Assembly (NCBI GenBank): GCA_900317905.1
Contig: ONIN01000009.1
Span: forward strand, 97,133-161,132
Reading direction: 5' to 3'
Source of the DNA: an uncultured Eubacteriales bacterium
GTDB lineage: Bacteria > Bacillota > Clostridia > Oscillospirales > Oscillospiraceae
Length of the DNA stretch: 64,000 nucleotides
Positions 8,630-18,903 of this stretch are shown in pieces (within the stretch, counting starts at the first letter, position 1; the number at the start of each line of letters is the position of its first letter). The notes under the pieces were generated by a model. The model was not told the DNA's origin. It worked only from the letters and a program-made list of their open reading frames with translations, and did no database searches. The translations under genes were made by a program, and so were the position numbers.

Positions 8630-9985
8630 ATGAAGCAGCTGAAGCAACGCACCCCCGCCTTTTGGGTCTCCTGTGTCGGCGTCATCGCCGTGGCGCTGAT
8701 GTTCCTGCTCTGGTGGGGCAAGTTTTCCTATTATTCCGCCGGGGCGCGGATCGCAGCGATCCTCAGCGCAGGACTGTTCGTCTGCGTGGGCATTCGTTTT
8801 GCTCCGGAGCTGGTGCGGTTCTGGTCCGCCGGCGAACCGCTGAAGGAGAATCTGAATACCGACGCAAAGCCCGGATTTCTGCCGAAGCTCTTTCTGGCGC
8901 TTCTGGGCTGGGATCTGCTGGTGCTTCTGGCAGCCTGGCCCCTGCGGATTTTGCTCCACGGGGAGACGAGTCTTGCAAATTCCATGACCGCCTGGGTCTG
9001 CGGCGACGGCGTGCATTATCTCGACATTGCCCGGGACTGGTATCTCTCCGAGGGCAGCATCGACCGACTGGTACAGCTGGTGTTTCTCCCTGCCTATCCC
9101 CTGCTGGTCCGACTTTTGCATCTCGTCATCCCCAACTGGACCTACGCGGCACTTGCCGTCTCCGGGCTCTGCTTTGCCGCGGCGGGTTGTCTGCTGTATA
9201 AGCTTTTGCGGCTGGATCTGGAGCACAAGGCGGCGGTGCGAGGCATCCTGCTTCTCTGCCTGATGCCGGGCTCCTTCTTCTTCGCTGCGCCCATGAGCGA
9301 GAGTCTGTTTCTGTTATGCTGCGTGGGATGCATCTATTTTGCCCGCACCGAGCGGTGGCTTCCTGCCTGCCTCTTCGGCGCGGTGGGCGCTTTCACCCGC
9401 TCTCTCGGTGTGACGCTGCTGGTTCCGCTGCTCACCGAGCTGATCGCAAGACGGGTGCGCGGTGAGATCAGCATCAAAACCACCATCCTTCGCTGTTTGA
9501 TGCTGCTGCTGATCCCCGCGGGCTTCGGGGTCTACGTCTATATCAATTACAAAGTGGCAGGCAATCCGCTGCAGTTTCTCACCTATCAGTCAGAGCACTG
9601 GAATCAGAAGCTGGGATTGTTCTTCAACACCGCCGCTTACCAGTTCGAATATGCCAAGTCCTCGGCCGAGAACAATATGGAAAACCTGCTGGGGCTCTGG
9701 CTGCCGAATCTCACCGCCCAGGCTTTGAGTCTCGGACTCATGATCTACGGGGCGAAGCGGCTCAGAGCCAGCTACACCACCTGGTATTTCGTCTACTTTT
9801 TCATCGCCATCGGCACCACCTGGCTGCTGAGCGCGCCCAGGTATCTCATGGCCTTCTTCCCCAACGTGATCGTCCTCTCCGGCATCACGGAGCGCAACCG
9901 GCTCCGCTCCTCGCTGCTTCCGGTGATGCTGGGGCTCTGGGGCCTGTATTTCCTGGTGTTTATCCTGCGCTGGCAGGTCTATTAA
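8630..9985 (+). CDS. polytopic membrane protein, GT-C type glycosyl/mannosyltransferase-like
   Basis: About 12 predicted TM segments. DGVHYLDIARDWY resembles PMT/PIG-V-like GT-C enzymes. Start moved to MKQLKQ (8630). Divergent from the LCP gene. Confidence 0.6.
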   Translation: MKQLKQRTPAFWVSCVGVIAVALMFLLWWGKFSYYSAGARIAAILSAGLFVCVGIRFAPELVRFWSAGEPLKENLNTDAKPGFLPKLFLALLGWDLLVLLAAWPLRILLHGETSLANSMTAWVCGDGVHYLDIARDWYLSEGSIDRLVQLVFLPAYPLLVRLLHLVIPNWTYAALAVSGLCFAAAGCLLYKLLRLDLEHKAAVRGILLLCLMPGSFFFAAPMSESLFLLCCVGCIYFARTERWLPACLFGAVGAFTRSLGVTLLVPLLTELIARRVRGEISIKTTILRCLMLLLIPAGFGVYVYINYKVAGNPLQFLTYQSEHWNQKLGLFFNTAAYQFEYAKSSAENNMENLLGLWLPNLTAQALSLGLMIYGAKRLRASYTTWYFVYFFIAIGTTWLLSAPRYLMAFFPNVIVLSGITERNRLRSSLLPVMLGLWGLYFLVFILRWQVY

Positions 9986-9997
9986 GGAGGATTCCCA

Positions 9998-11959
9998 TTG
10001 AACGCGCTGCAATTTGAAAAGTCGCCCTATCTGCTCCAGCACGCAGACAATCCCGTGGACTGGCTGCCCTGGGGCGAAAGGGCCTTTGAACGCGCAAAGG
10101 CGGAAAACAAGCTGATCTTTCTCTCCATCGGCTACGCCGCCTGTCACTGGTGCCATGTCATGGCCCACGAAAGCTTTGAAGATAAAGGCGTCGCGGCGAT
10201 TCTGAACCGCCGCTTCATCCCCGTGAAGGTGGATCGGGAGGAACGGCCCGACGTGGACAGCGTCTATATGGCTGCCTGCGCCGCCATGACCGGAAACGGC
10301 GGCTGGCCCCTGACGGTGCTGCTGACCCCGGAGCAGAAACCCTTTTGGGCAGGGACGTATCTGAAAAAACCGCAGCTGATTTCCCTTTTGAACGAGGCCG
10401 GCCGGCTGTGGGAACAGGATCCGGAGCGGATCGAAAAAAGCGGCGAGCAGCTCACGGGCTTTCTCCAAAACGCCAATCAGCCCAAGCCCGGCGAGCCCTC
10501 CAAAGCCCTTCTGCAAACGGCAGCGGAGACCATGCAGCGCCACTATGACAGTCTCTGGGGCGGCTTCGGCGCAGCGCCGAAATTCCCCACGCCCCACAAC
10601 CTGCTGTTCCTGCTTCGATACCATCTGCGCACCGTGAATGATGAGGCTCTTAAGATGGCTGAGGGCACCATGGAACACATGTTCCGCGGCGGCATCTTCG
10701 ACCACATCGGCGGAGGATTCAGTCGCTATTCCACCGACAGAAAGTGGCTGGCGCCCCACTTCGAAAAGATGCTCTACGACAACGCGCTGCTCTCTCTGCT
10801 CTACACCGAGGCCTTTCAGATAACCGGAGAACAATGGTATGCCGATGTGGCCCGGCGGACACTGGATTACGCCATCCGGGAGCTGCGAAACGACCTGGGC
10901 GGCTTCTGCTGCTCTCAGGACGCGGACAGCGACGGCGTGGAGGGAAAATATTATCTCTTCACCCAAGACGAGCTCTATCACCTGCTGGGCGCCGACGCCC
11001 CCGGATTCTGCCGCAGCTTCGGCGTTTCAAGAGAGGGCAATTTCCACGGAAAGAACATCCTGAATCTGATTGGGAACTCCCAATGGAAAAGCGCGGCCTC
11101 CGGGATGGAGACTGCGCCGGTCGAAAAAGTGTACAATTATCGGAAAGGCCGCACGAAGCTGCTGCTGGACGACAAGGTGCTCACCGGCTGGAACGGTCTG
11201 ATGATCGCGGCGCTGGCCCGGGCAGGACTGGTTCTTGAGGAAAAATCATTTCTCAGTACAGCGGCCCGGACGGTGAACTTCATCGAAAAAAACCTCCGGG
11301 ATGAACGCGGCAGTCTGCTGGCGGTCTGGCGCGGCGAAGCCGCTCACCCGGCGAAGCTGGAGGACTGCGCCTTTTACGCCTGGGGGCTGCTGGAGCTCTA
11401 TGAGGTGACCTTTGACCCGCAGCTGCTGGAGAGGACCGTAAAGCTGGCGGATCATCTACTTTCGGAATTCTTTGACGAGGAATCCGGCGGCTTCTATCTC
11501 TATGGCGTCCACGACGAGCAGCTGATCACCCGCACCAAGGAGGTCTACGACGGCGCCATCCCCAGCGGCAACGCAGTTGCTGCCCTGGTGCTCTCCAGAC
11601 TGGAGCGGCTCACCGGGGAACCGAGATTCCGGGAGGCTGCGGAGAAGCAGCTCCGGTTTCTGGCAGGTGCGGCGCAGAAGCACCCGGAAGCCCACTGCTT
11701 CACCCTTCTGACGCTGACGGAAACTCTCTGGGAAACCGAGGAGCTGGTGGTCTGCGCAAAGGAGGAACCGACGGAGCTGCGGGCGTATCTGCGAAAGTCC
11801 CATCCCGGTCTCACGGTGCTGCTGAAAACCCCGGAGACCGCCCAAGCGCTGGATCGGCTCGCGCCCTTCACCAGGGAATATCCCATCCCGGAAGCAGGTG
11901 CCTTGTATTACCGCTGCCACGGCGGAATCTGTGAGCGTCCCACGGAAACCTTAATATGA
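9998..11959 (+). CDS. thioredoxin-domain (DUF255) / six-hairpin glycosidase-like protein (YyaL type)
   Basis: 653 aa, TTG start after AGGAGG. N-terminus [47 protein letters not shown] is the DUF255 signature. Confidence 0.88.
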   Translation: MNALQFEKSPYLLQHADNPVDWLPWGERAFERAKAENKLIFLSIGYAACHWCHVMAHESFEDKGVAAILNRRFIPVKVDREERPDVDSVYMAACAAMTGNGGWPLTVLLTPEQKPFWAGTYLKKPQLISLLNEAGRLWEQDPERIEKSGEQLTGFLQNANQPKPGEPSKALLQTAAETMQRHYDSLWGGFGAAPKFPTPHNLLFLLRYHLRTVNDEALKMAEGTMEHMFRGGIFDHIGGGFSRYSTDRKWLAPHFEKMLYDNALLSLLYTEAFQITGEQWYADVARRTLDYAIRELRNDLGGFCCSQDADSDGVEGKYYLFTQDELYHLLGADAPGFCRSFGVSREGNFHGKNILNLIGNSQWKSAASGMETAPVEKVYNYRKGRTKLLLDDKVLTGWNGLMIAALARAGLVLEEKSFLSTAARTVNFIEKNLRDERGSLLAVWRGEAAHPAKLEDCAFYAWGLLELYEVTFDPQLLERTVKLADHLLSEFFDEESGGFYLYGVHDEQLITRTKEVYDGAIPSGNAVAALVLSRLERLTGEPRFREAAEKQLRFLAGAAQKHPEAHCFTLLTLTETLWETEELVVCAKEEPTELRAYLRKSHPGLTVLLKTPETAQALDRLAPFTREYPIPEAGALYYRCHGGICERPTETLI

Positions 11960-12604
11960 ATGGGTCATAAGCCGGAAGGTCTTTCGATCGTAGTCGATGA
12001 GACCTTCCGCTTTCATTCTGCCCAGCTCCCGGCACATGGCGCTCCGGTCGATGGCCAGATAGTCCGCCAGCTGCTGCCTGTCGAAGGGGATCGTGAAGAG
12101 TTTTGTCCCCGCCCTGCGGCGCTCCGCGTCCAGATAGCTCAGAAGCTTGTCCCGAATGCTCCTTCTGGAGACGTGGCGCAGCTTCTCCGTGAGCAGGTAA
12201 TTCTTCTGCGCCAGGATCCGAAGGAACCGGTGAAGCACCTGGGTGAACTCGGGACGGAATAGCCCGTCGATTTTGAGAAACAGCACCTCGCAGGGAGCGT
12301 CCGCCGCAACCGTCACCTGCACCGGCAGGTCTCCGAGACAGGCAAACACCTCTGCGAATAGCTCCCCCGGCCGGACGCTGCCCAGGATCTCCCGGTTGCC
12401 GTAGGGGTCCGCCCGCTCCAGCCGCGCCGCGCCGGACAGCACGATGCCGAAGGCGGTGACGGTCTCCCCGGCGCGGAGGATCACCTCGTCCCGGTCGTAT
12501 TGCCTCCGACGCACGGTCAGCTCCCGCAGCAGCCGCTCCGCTGTTTCCTCGGAAAGGCCCGAAAACAGCGGCGTTTTCAGCAAAAATTTCAAAGATTCTT
12601 CCAT
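11951..12604 (-). CDS. Crp/Fnr family transcriptional regulator
   Basis: 217 aa with a cNMP-binding-like N-terminus and the C-terminal [31 protein letters not shown]. Confidence 0.88.
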   Translation of the reverse strand: MEESLKFLLKTPLFSGLSEETAERLLRELTVRRRQYDRDEVILRAGETVTAFGIVLSGAARLERADPYGNREILGSVRPGELFAEVFACLGDLPVQVTVAADAPCEVLFLKIDGLFRPEFTQVLHRFLRILAQKNYLLTEKLRHVSRRSIRDKLLSYLDAERRRAGTKLFTIPFDRQQLADYLAIDRSAMCRELGRMKAEGLIDYDRKTFRLMTHSY

Positions 12605-12617
12605 AATTGTCTCCTTT

Positions 12618-12631
12618 GTTGCAAATGCAAC
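12618..12631. promoter_or_regulatory. candidate Crp/Fnr-type operator (GTTGC-AAAT-GCAAC)
   Basis: Perfect 5-N4-5 palindrome in the 87-bp divergent region between the Crp/Fnr gene and the 4Fe-4S gene. Confidence 0.35.
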
Positions 12632-12691
12632 TTATTATTTGGCGCCATTGTAGTATATTACGATCAGAAAATCAAGCAGGAGGTCATCATC

Positions 12692-13354
12692 ATGCTTCGG
12701 AAAATCATCAAAATCGACGAGGAGCGCTGCAACGGCTGCGGCCTGTGCGCCAACGCCTGCCACGAGGGCGCCATCGACATCGTAAACGGAAAGGCCAAGC
12801 TCATGCGGGAGCATTTCTGCGACGGTCTGGGCGACTGCCTGCCCGCATGTCCCATGAACGCCATCAGCTTCGAGATGCGGGAAGCCCCCGGCTATGACGA
12901 GCAGGCGGTGCTGGCCGCCAAGCGGGAGAAGCAGGAGCAAAAAGCTGCTGAGGCTGCCGCCTCCGGTGACGCCCCCAACGCGCTGGACAACTGGCCCGTG
13001 CAGCTGAAGCTGGTGAGCCCCTCCAGCCCGGTGTTCTATCAGTGCGATCTGCTGGTGGCTGCCGACTGCACCGCCTACGCCTACGGCAACTTCCACCGGG
13101 ACTTCGTCCAGGGCAAGGTTGTGGTCATTGGCTGCCCCAAGCTGGACGCCGCCGACTACGCCGAGAAGCTCACCGAGATTCTCAGAGAGAACGACGTGAA
13201 GTCCGTGACCCTCACCCGGATGTTCGTCCCCTGCTGCGGCGGTATGGAGTATGCCGTACACCAGGCCATCGCCGGCTGCGGGAAGGACGTGCCCCTTCGC
13301 ACCGTGACCATCGGGGCCGACGGCGCCATCCTTGCCGACGAAAGACAGGCGTAA
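12692..13354 (+). CDS. 4Fe-4S dicluster domain protein
   Basis: Start moved to MLRKIIK (12692), 8 nt after AGGAGG. Two ferredoxin-type motifs: CNGCGLCANAC and CDGLGDCLPAC. Confidence 0.85.
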   Translation: MLRKIIKIDEERCNGCGLCANACHEGAIDIVNGKAKLMREHFCDGLGDCLPACPMNAISFEMREAPGYDEQAVLAAKREKQEQKAAEAAASGDAPNALDNWPVQLKLVSPSSPVFYQCDLLVAADCTAYAYGNFHRDFVQGKVVVIGCPKLDAADYAEKLTEILRENDVKSVTLTRMFVPCCGGMEYAVHQAIAGCGKDVPLRTVTIGADGAILADERQA

Positions 13355-13363
13355 ATACATCAA

Positions 13364-13392
13364 AAACCCGGCTCGTGTGAGTCGGGTTTTGT
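13364..13392. terminator. bidirectional hairpin between convergent genes
   Basis: AACCCGGCT / AGTCGGGTT stem flanked by AAAAA and TTTTGTGTTT. Confidence 0.55.
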
Positions 13393-13397
13393 GTTTG

Positions 13398-14546
13398 TCA
13401 GGATTGAAAATAGGCTTCGATCTCTGCCTTCGTGGCGGTGCAGGAGCCCTGGATCATGGTGGGCTGGCCGCCGCCCTTGCCCTTCAGGGCCGCGTTGATG
13501 ATTTTGGCCTCAGATCGAAGATCCACGGTGCGGCTGCCGATGATATAGCGGTAGCCGTTCTTATCGTCTCCGGAGAAGGCCGCGCAGACGCCGCCGCAGA
13601 GCGCCATCCCCGCGTTCACCAGCTCCCGCATGGCGATGGGGTTTTCAAATTCGTCCACGATGCAGAGGTTGCCCTCGGTCGCATGGAGGGATTTCAGCCG
13701 CATGTCGCAGAGCTTCTGATCCCGCTGGGCTACGGTGCGCTCCAGCTGCTCCTTTTCCGAAAGAAGCTTTTCCACGGCCCGGGTGATGTCATCTCGCGGC
13801 ACGCTCAGCAGGTTGGAGATCACCTTCACCTGGTCGGCGCGTCTGGCGTAATCCCGCTGGGCGTCGGAGCCGCAGATCATGGTGATCCGGACGCCGCCCC
13901 GGTGGCGCATGCTGTCCAGGATCTTAATGGTGCCGATCTCGCCGGTATGGTGCACATGGGGCGCGCAGCAGGCGCAGACGTCGTAGCCCTCCACGGTGAC
14001 GATCCGGACGTTTTCCGTCAGCTCCAGCTTGCTGCGATAGGTCATATCCTGCAGCAGCGCCGGATCGGGGTATTCGGCTTTTACCGGCACGTCCGCCCAA
14101 ATGGCCTCGTTTGCCAGCCGCTCCAGCTCCAAAAGCTGCAGCCAGCTGAGCTCGCCGCTGAAGTCCACGGTAACCGCATCCTCCCCCAGGTGGAAGCCCA
14201 CGTTCTCATACCCGTAGAGCCTGTGGCAGATGCCGCTGACGATATGCTCGCCGGTGTGGTTCTGCATTCTCCGAAACCGCACTCGCCAGTCGATCTCACC
14301 GGTCACGGTCTGGCCCACGGGCAGCGGATGATCCACATAGTGGGCGATGCCGTCGGCCTCCTCCTGGACGTCCAGCACCTTTGCGCCGCCCAAAGTGCCG
14401 GGGTCCGGACTCTGGCCGCCGCCCTCCGGAAAGAAGGCCGTCTGATTCAAAACCACCCGCCAGCGGTCATCGTTGGGCGCGCAGGAGAGCACCTCTGCCT
14501 CGAACCGCTGCAGATAGCTGTCGCTGTCATATAATTTGATCGTCAT
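13398..14546 (-). CDS. alanyl-tRNA editing protein AlaX-L (AlaRS editing plus DHHA1-like domains)
   Basis: 382 aa; zinc/editing motifs HTGEH and CCAPH; no catalytic aminoacylation domain. Confidence 0.85.
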   Translation of the reverse strand: MTIKLYDSDSYLQRFEAEVLSCAPNDDRWRVVLNQTAFFPEGGGQSPDPGTLGGAKVLDVQEEADGIAHYVDHPLPVGQTVTGEIDWRVRFRRMQNHTGEHIVSGICHRLYGYENVGFHLGEDAVTVDFSGELSWLQLLELERLANEAIWADVPVKAEYPDPALLQDMTYRSKLELTENVRIVTVEGYDVCACCAPHVHHTGEIGTIKILDSMRHRGGVRITMICGSDAQRDYARRADQVKVISNLLSVPRDDITRAVEKLLSEKEQLERTVAQRDQKLCDMRLKSLHATEGNLCIVDEFENPIAMRELVNAGMALCGGVCAAFSGDDKNGYRYIIGSRTVDLRSEAKIINAALKGKGGGQPTMIQGSCTATKAEIEAYFQS

Positions 14547-14621
14547 TTCGATTCTCCGTTTCTGGCTGCAAGTTCAACAGAAACATTATAAAATATCCGC
14601 ACAAAACTGGCAAGATGGGAA

Positions 14622-14650
14622 TTGACATTTTATTAACCCAGCGTTATAGT
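14622..14650 (+). promoter_or_regulatory. SigA-type promoter TTGACA-17-TATAGT
   Basis: TTGACA at 14622-14627, 17-nt spacer, TATAGT at 14645-14650, about 28 nt upstream of the ATG at 14679. Confidence 0.7.
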
Positions 14651-14678
14651 AGGGAAAATGTTTTTGGAGGTGAGTTCC

Positions 14679-15194
14679 ATGAAAGATCATACGACCCGGG
14701 TGGTGTTCCTCGCGCTGCTCTCTGCACTTTGCTGCGTGGCGACCATGGTGATCCCGATTCCCACCCCTACCGGCGGCTATCTCAACGCCGGGGACATCGT
14801 CGTGGTGCTCTCCGCCATGCTGGCAGGGCCGGTCTGGGGCGGCATCTCCGCCGGAGTCGGTTCCATGCTGGCGGATCTGCTGGGCGGCTATGCACTCTAT
14901 GCCCCCGGGACGCTGCTGGCAAAGGGACTGGCTGCCGTGGTCATAGGGATGATCTGGCGCAAGGGAAAACAAAACCTGCCCGCCGCCGTGCTCGCCGCTG
15001 TCTTTGGGGAGCTTTGCATGGTGCTGATTTACTTTCTCTATGAGTCTCTGTGCCTCGGTTTTGGCTGGGCTGCAGCGGCCGAGATCATCGGAAACCTGCT
15101 CCAGGGCACGGTGGGCGTTGCGGGCGGCCTGGCCCTCTATCACGCCCTGATCCGCGTGCCGGAGATCAAACGGTTTTCGGAGCAAATCAAATAA
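14679..15194 (+). CDS. ECF transporter S (substrate-capture) component
   Basis: Start moved to MKDHTT (GGAGGTG 6 nt upstream). Small 5-6 TM protein with PTPTGGYLNAGDIVVVLSAMLAGPVWG ... GSMLADLLGG, typical of ECF S components. Confidence 0.75.
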   Translation: MKDHTTRVVFLALLSALCCVATMVIPIPTPTGGYLNAGDIVVVLSAMLAGPVWGGISAGVGSMLADLLGGYALYAPGTLLAKGLAAVVIGMIWRKGKQNLPAAVLAAVFGELCMVLIYFLYESLCLGFGWAAAAEIIGNLLQGTVGVAGGLALYHALIRVPEIKRFSEQIK

Positions 15195-15227
15195 AATGCA
15201 GGGAACGCTTCGGCGCTCCCTGTTTCT

Positions 15228-16154
15228 TTATGCTTTTTGAGTGAGGTAGCAGTGCCACTCCTCTTCACAGAAGTGCTGCAGGATCTCGAAACCGTTTGCT
15301 TGCAGCGCCGCCGCGACCTCCTCCTGTCTGCCCTCAATGATGCCGGAGCAGAGGAACACGCCGCCGGGGGCCATGAACTCCGACACGATGCCGGAGAGCG
15401 GGATGATCACGTCCGCCACGATGTTGGCCGCTACGATCTCATAGCCGCTGCCGAGGCTTTTTCGCATGCCCGCGTCGGAGAGCACGTCTCCCGCGTAGAC
15501 CTTGAAACGATCCGGCCCGATGCCGTTCAGGGCGGCGTTGGACTCCGCCACCTCCGGGGCCTTGGGGTCAATATCGCAGCCGATGGCGCTGTCACAGCCT
15601 AAAAGCAGCGCGCCGATGGCCAGGATGCCGCTGCCGCAGCCTAAGTCCAGGATCCGCTTTCCTGGCGCGGAGACCCGCTCCAATGCAGCCAGGCACATTC
15701 TCGTGGTGGCGTGGCTGCCGGTGCCGAAGATCAGGCCAGGATCCAGACGCAGCGGGATTCTGCCGTCCTCCGGCGCCTCCAGCCACTCTGGCACCACCAC
15801 CAGTTTCTCGCCGATCTCGATGGGCACATAGTACTGCCGCCAGTTGTTCTCCCAGTCCTCGTCCCGGACGATGGCGGTGGTGACCTCCCGATCCAGACCT
15901 ACTTTGATGGAATCCAGCTGGGCCCGGCCGTCCTCGTCGTCTGAGAGGTAGAATTTTACTCTGGAGACGCCCCGGAACCGGGATTCCAGCGACTCGTCCA
16001 CATAGTCCCAATACTGGTGGTTCTGCTCCAGGAACTGCTTGAAGTCCTGCTCGTCCTCCACCACCATGCCGCCGGCGCCCAGCTCGGCCAGCCGGTCACA
16101 GAGCGCGTCGATTTCCTCGCTCTTGGCGGGTACGGATACCTCGATCCACTGCAT
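15228..16154 (-). CDS. prmA: ribosomal protein L11 methyltransferase
   Basis: Start moved to MQWIEVSV (16154). SAM motif ILDLGCGSGILAI and PrmA-type N-terminal domain. Confidence 0.9.
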   Translation of the reverse strand: MQWIEVSVPAKSEEIDALCDRLAELGAGGMVVEDEQDFKQFLEQNHQYWDYVDESLESRFRGVSRVKFYLSDDEDGRAQLDSIKVGLDREVTTAIVRDEDWENNWRQYYVPIEIGEKLVVVPEWLEAPEDGRIPLRLDPGLIFGTGSHATTRMCLAALERVSAPGKRILDLGCGSGILAIGALLLGCDSAIGCDIDPKAPEVAESNAALNGIGPDRFKVYAGDVLSDAGMRKSLGSGYEIVAANIVADVIIPLSGIVSEFMAPGGVFLCSGIIEGRQEEVAAALQANGFEILQHFCEEEWHCYLTQKA

Positions 16155-16334
16155 ATGCTGCACCTTCTCTTTTCTTGATGATGCGAGTTTATCATATTGT
16201 GTGTGGGAATGCAAGACAAAGCCCTGCTGCAAAATCATTTCAAGTCTTAGCAAAAATCGACGCTGCCGCCGAGGGAACGGATTGCCACACCAGTGTGCGC
16301 ACTGGTTCGCAATGACACCCTTTTACAATGCACG

Positions 16335-16781
16335 CTATTGCCTTCGGATGCCGTGCATGAAGCCGTCCAGAGCGGTGGAGTGGATGTCCCCGGCGATGAT
16401 GCGGTTTTTGTAGAAATACAGGGTGGCGTAGACGGTATCTGCGGAATCATAATTCGTGATTTGATAATTGTATACCGTGACGCAGAGGCCGGCGTAAGGC
16501 TCCAGATCAAAGCCCTGCTGCCGCTGGAGGCCGTTGTAATCCGCGAAGATCCCCTCGAAGACTCTCGGCAGCACCACGGTCTGCTCCGTCTCGGTGGCGG
16601 GCTCCGCCTCCCATCCGTTGGCGGCGAGATAGGCGATCCGCCCCTCGGTGGTGCCCACGTTGTAATGCATGGAGAGGACGCCGCCGTTGGACTGGGCGAT
16701 CACCGCGGCGGAGAGCACCACGGCAAAGAGAATCAGATACAGCGCCGCTTTGTTGGCGGTGAGTTTTTTTCTTCGAGTCAT
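16335..16781 (-). CDS. DUF4830 domain protein (membrane-anchored)
   Basis: 148 aa with an N-terminal TM segment. Blocks EGRIAYLAANGWE and YNGLQRQQGFDLEPYAG match my recollection of the DUF4830 family. Confidence 0.7.
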   Translation of the reverse strand: MTRRKKLTANKAALYLILFAVVLSAAVIAQSNGGVLSMHYNVGTTEGRIAYLAANGWEAEPATETEQTVVLPRVFEGIFADYNGLQRQQGFDLEPYAGLCVTVYNYQITNYDSADTVYATLYFYKNRIIAGDIHSTALDGFMHGIRRQ

Positions 16782-16874
16782 GGGATCACCTCATTCCAGC
16801 CTATTTCCTTTTTACCGGAAATATGATAGAATAATTAATTATGCTGAAAACTACGAAGTTCGGGAGGGATCCCT

Positions 16875-17594
16875 TTGATTCGACTGGATAAATATCTATC
16901 TGACGCGGGCATCTGCTCCCGCAGCGACGCAAGAAAAATCATCCGCGCCGGGCGGATCTCGGTGGACGGCATCGCCGTGACCAAGCCGGAGGCAAAGATC
17001 GACGAAGGCGCCCGGGTCACTGCCGACGGGATCCCCGTAACCTGGAGCCGGGAGCGCTACTATATGCTCTACAAGCCCGCGGGGATCATTACCGCCACTG
17101 AAGACGAGACGCAGAAGACGGTGCTGGATCTGTTTCCAAAAGAGCTACGGAAGGGCCTCTCCCCCGCCGGCCGGCTGGACAAGGACACCACCGGGCTGCT
17201 GCTGCTCTCCACCGACGGAGACTGGATCCACCGGATCATCACACCCAAGAAGATGGTGCCGAAGGTCTACCTGGCCCAAACCGAGGGCACGCCCACGGAA
17301 GAAGATGTGCAGCAGCTGGCTCAGGGGATCGAATTGGGCGACGGAACCAAATGCCTCCCCGCACGTCTGGAAGTTCTGACGGAAGGACAGTGCCGGGTCA
17401 CCGTCTATGAGGGCAAATATCATCTGGTACGCCGGATGCTGGCCGCCTGCGGAAAACCGGTTCAGAAGCTCCATCGGGAATCCATCGGCGCGCTTTCCTT
17501 GTGCAAATCGCTGAAACCCGGCGACTTTCGGCCCCTTTCCGAGCAGGAGATCCGCGATGTTTTCTCGACAAATAGTCGAATAAGTGACCTGTAA
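16875..17594 (+). CDS. pseudouridine synthase, RsuA/RluB type
   Basis: TTG start. S4 domain IRLDKYLSDAGICSRSDARKII; catalytic block GRLDKDTTGLLLLSTDG. Confidence 0.9.
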   Translation: MIRLDKYLSDAGICSRSDARKIIRAGRISVDGIAVTKPEAKIDEGARVTADGIPVTWSRERYYMLYKPAGIITATEDETQKTVLDLFPKELRKGLSPAGRLDKDTTGLLLLSTDGDWIHRIITPKKMVPKVYLAQTEGTPTEEDVQQLAQGIELGDGTKCLPARLEVLTEGQCRVTVYEGKYHLVRRMLAACGKPVQKLHRESIGALSLCKSLKPGDFRPLSEQEIRDVFSTNSRISDL

Positions 17595-17660
17595 TCGCAA
17601 TAATTTGTAACGATTCAGACGCTATTCGAAAAAAATTCACAAAAAATGACCACTTTTCTA

Positions 17661-17689
17661 TTGAAAAATGCACAGAAATTCGGTATTAT
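17661..17689 (+). promoter_or_regulatory. SigA-type promoter TTGAAA-17-TATTAT
   Basis: Hexamers at 17661-17666 and 17684-17689, upstream of the PucR/CdaR gene. Confidence 0.55.
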
Positions 17690-17757
17690 AGAAAACAGCG
17701 ATTTCCAGAATGTCAGACAGCGATGAGGAGAAGCGCGTGTCGAATGGAGGAGCTTTT

Positions 17758-18852
17758 ATGTCAAGCAGAATTTTCCAAGGCGTAATCGTACAAATGAAGG
17801 AAGCCACCGATCGCTGCATCGGTGTTGTGGACGAGCAGGGGTTCGTCATCGCCAGCAGCGAGCTGGCCACCATCGGTTCCAAGCTGGACGATTTTTCCGC
17901 CGCCGTGGCCGATACCCAGGAGGCCCTGTTTACCACGGCGGAGCGTACCTATAAAATCCTGGCCGGAAGTGCCGCAAGATTTGAGTATGCCGTTTTCGTG
18001 GAGGGTACCGATTCGATCTCCCGCGGCATCTGCATTCTCGCCGCCATCGGCATGAACGAGGCCAGCACGAATTTTGAAGAGAAGCACAACAAGGCCGCTT
18101 TTGTCAAAAACATCATCAGCGACAACATCCTCCCCGGCGACGTGTACGTCCGGGCCAAGGAGCTGCACTTCACCACCGATGTGCCCAGAGCTGTCCTGCT
18201 GATCCGTCAGCTGAACAACACGGACATCGCCGTGCTGGAGCATGTGCAGAACCGCTTCCCCGATCGGCAGCACGATTTCGTCCTCAGCGTCAGCGAGTCG
18301 GACATCGTCGTGATCAAGGAGCTCGCCAACGAGGACGCCTCCGATGAGATGTGCGCCCTGGGCGAAGAGCTGGTCAAGAGCATCCGCGACGCGCTCCACA
18401 TCGAGACCGTCGTGGGCATCGGCACCACTGCCCGTCATCTCAGAGAGCTGGCTGACCGCTACAAGGAGGCCCAGGTGGCCATCGACGTGGGCAAGATCTT
18501 TGAAAACGACCGCCCCGTGATCCACTATGAGAATCTCGGCATCGGCCGCATCATCTATCAGCTGCCGGTGACCCTGTGCGAGATGTTTCTCTCCGAAGCC
18601 TTCAAGAAGAATCCCATCGAGGCCCTGGATGAGGACACCCTGGACACCATCAACCGCTTCTTTGAAAACAACCTGAACGTCTCCGAGACGGCGCGCAAGC
18701 TCTATGTGCACCGCAACACCCTGGTCTATCGTCTGGAGAAGGTCAAGAAGATCACCGGTCTGGATCTGCGGGAGTTTGAGGACGCGATCCTGTTCAAGGT
18801 GGCCGTCATGGTCAAGCAGTATCTGAACTCTCAGAACGGCAACAAGTTCTGA
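17758..18852 (+). CDS. CdaR/PucR family transcriptional regulator
   Basis: Start moved to MSSRIF (GGAGGAG 6 nt upstream). C-terminal PucR HTH: NVSETARKLYVHRNTLVYRLEKVKKITGLD. Confidence 0.85.
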   Translation: MSSRIFQGVIVQMKEATDRCIGVVDEQGFVIASSELATIGSKLDDFSAAVADTQEALFTTAERTYKILAGSAARFEYAVFVEGTDSISRGICILAAIGMNEASTNFEEKHNKAAFVKNIISDNILPGDVYVRAKELHFTTDVPRAVLLIRQLNNTDIAVLEHVQNRFPDRQHDFVLSVSESDIVVIKELANEDASDEMCALGEELVKSIRDALHIETVVGIGTTARHLRELADRYKEAQVAIDVGKIFENDRPVIHYENLGIGRIIYQLPVTLCEMFLSEAFKKNPIEALDEDTLDTINRFFENNLNVSETARKLYVHRNTLVYRLEKVKKITGLDLREFEDAILFKVAVMVKQYLNSQNGNKF

Positions 18853-18903
18853 TTGTCATGAAAACCCTCCCCTTCCGGGAGGACGCAAAACGAGGTAACT
18901 TTT

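Noticed and set aside
14547-14678. Riboswitch upstream of the ECF S-component gene
   Set aside because: The consensus promoter at 14622-14650 leaves only about 25 nt of leader, which is too short for an aptamer.
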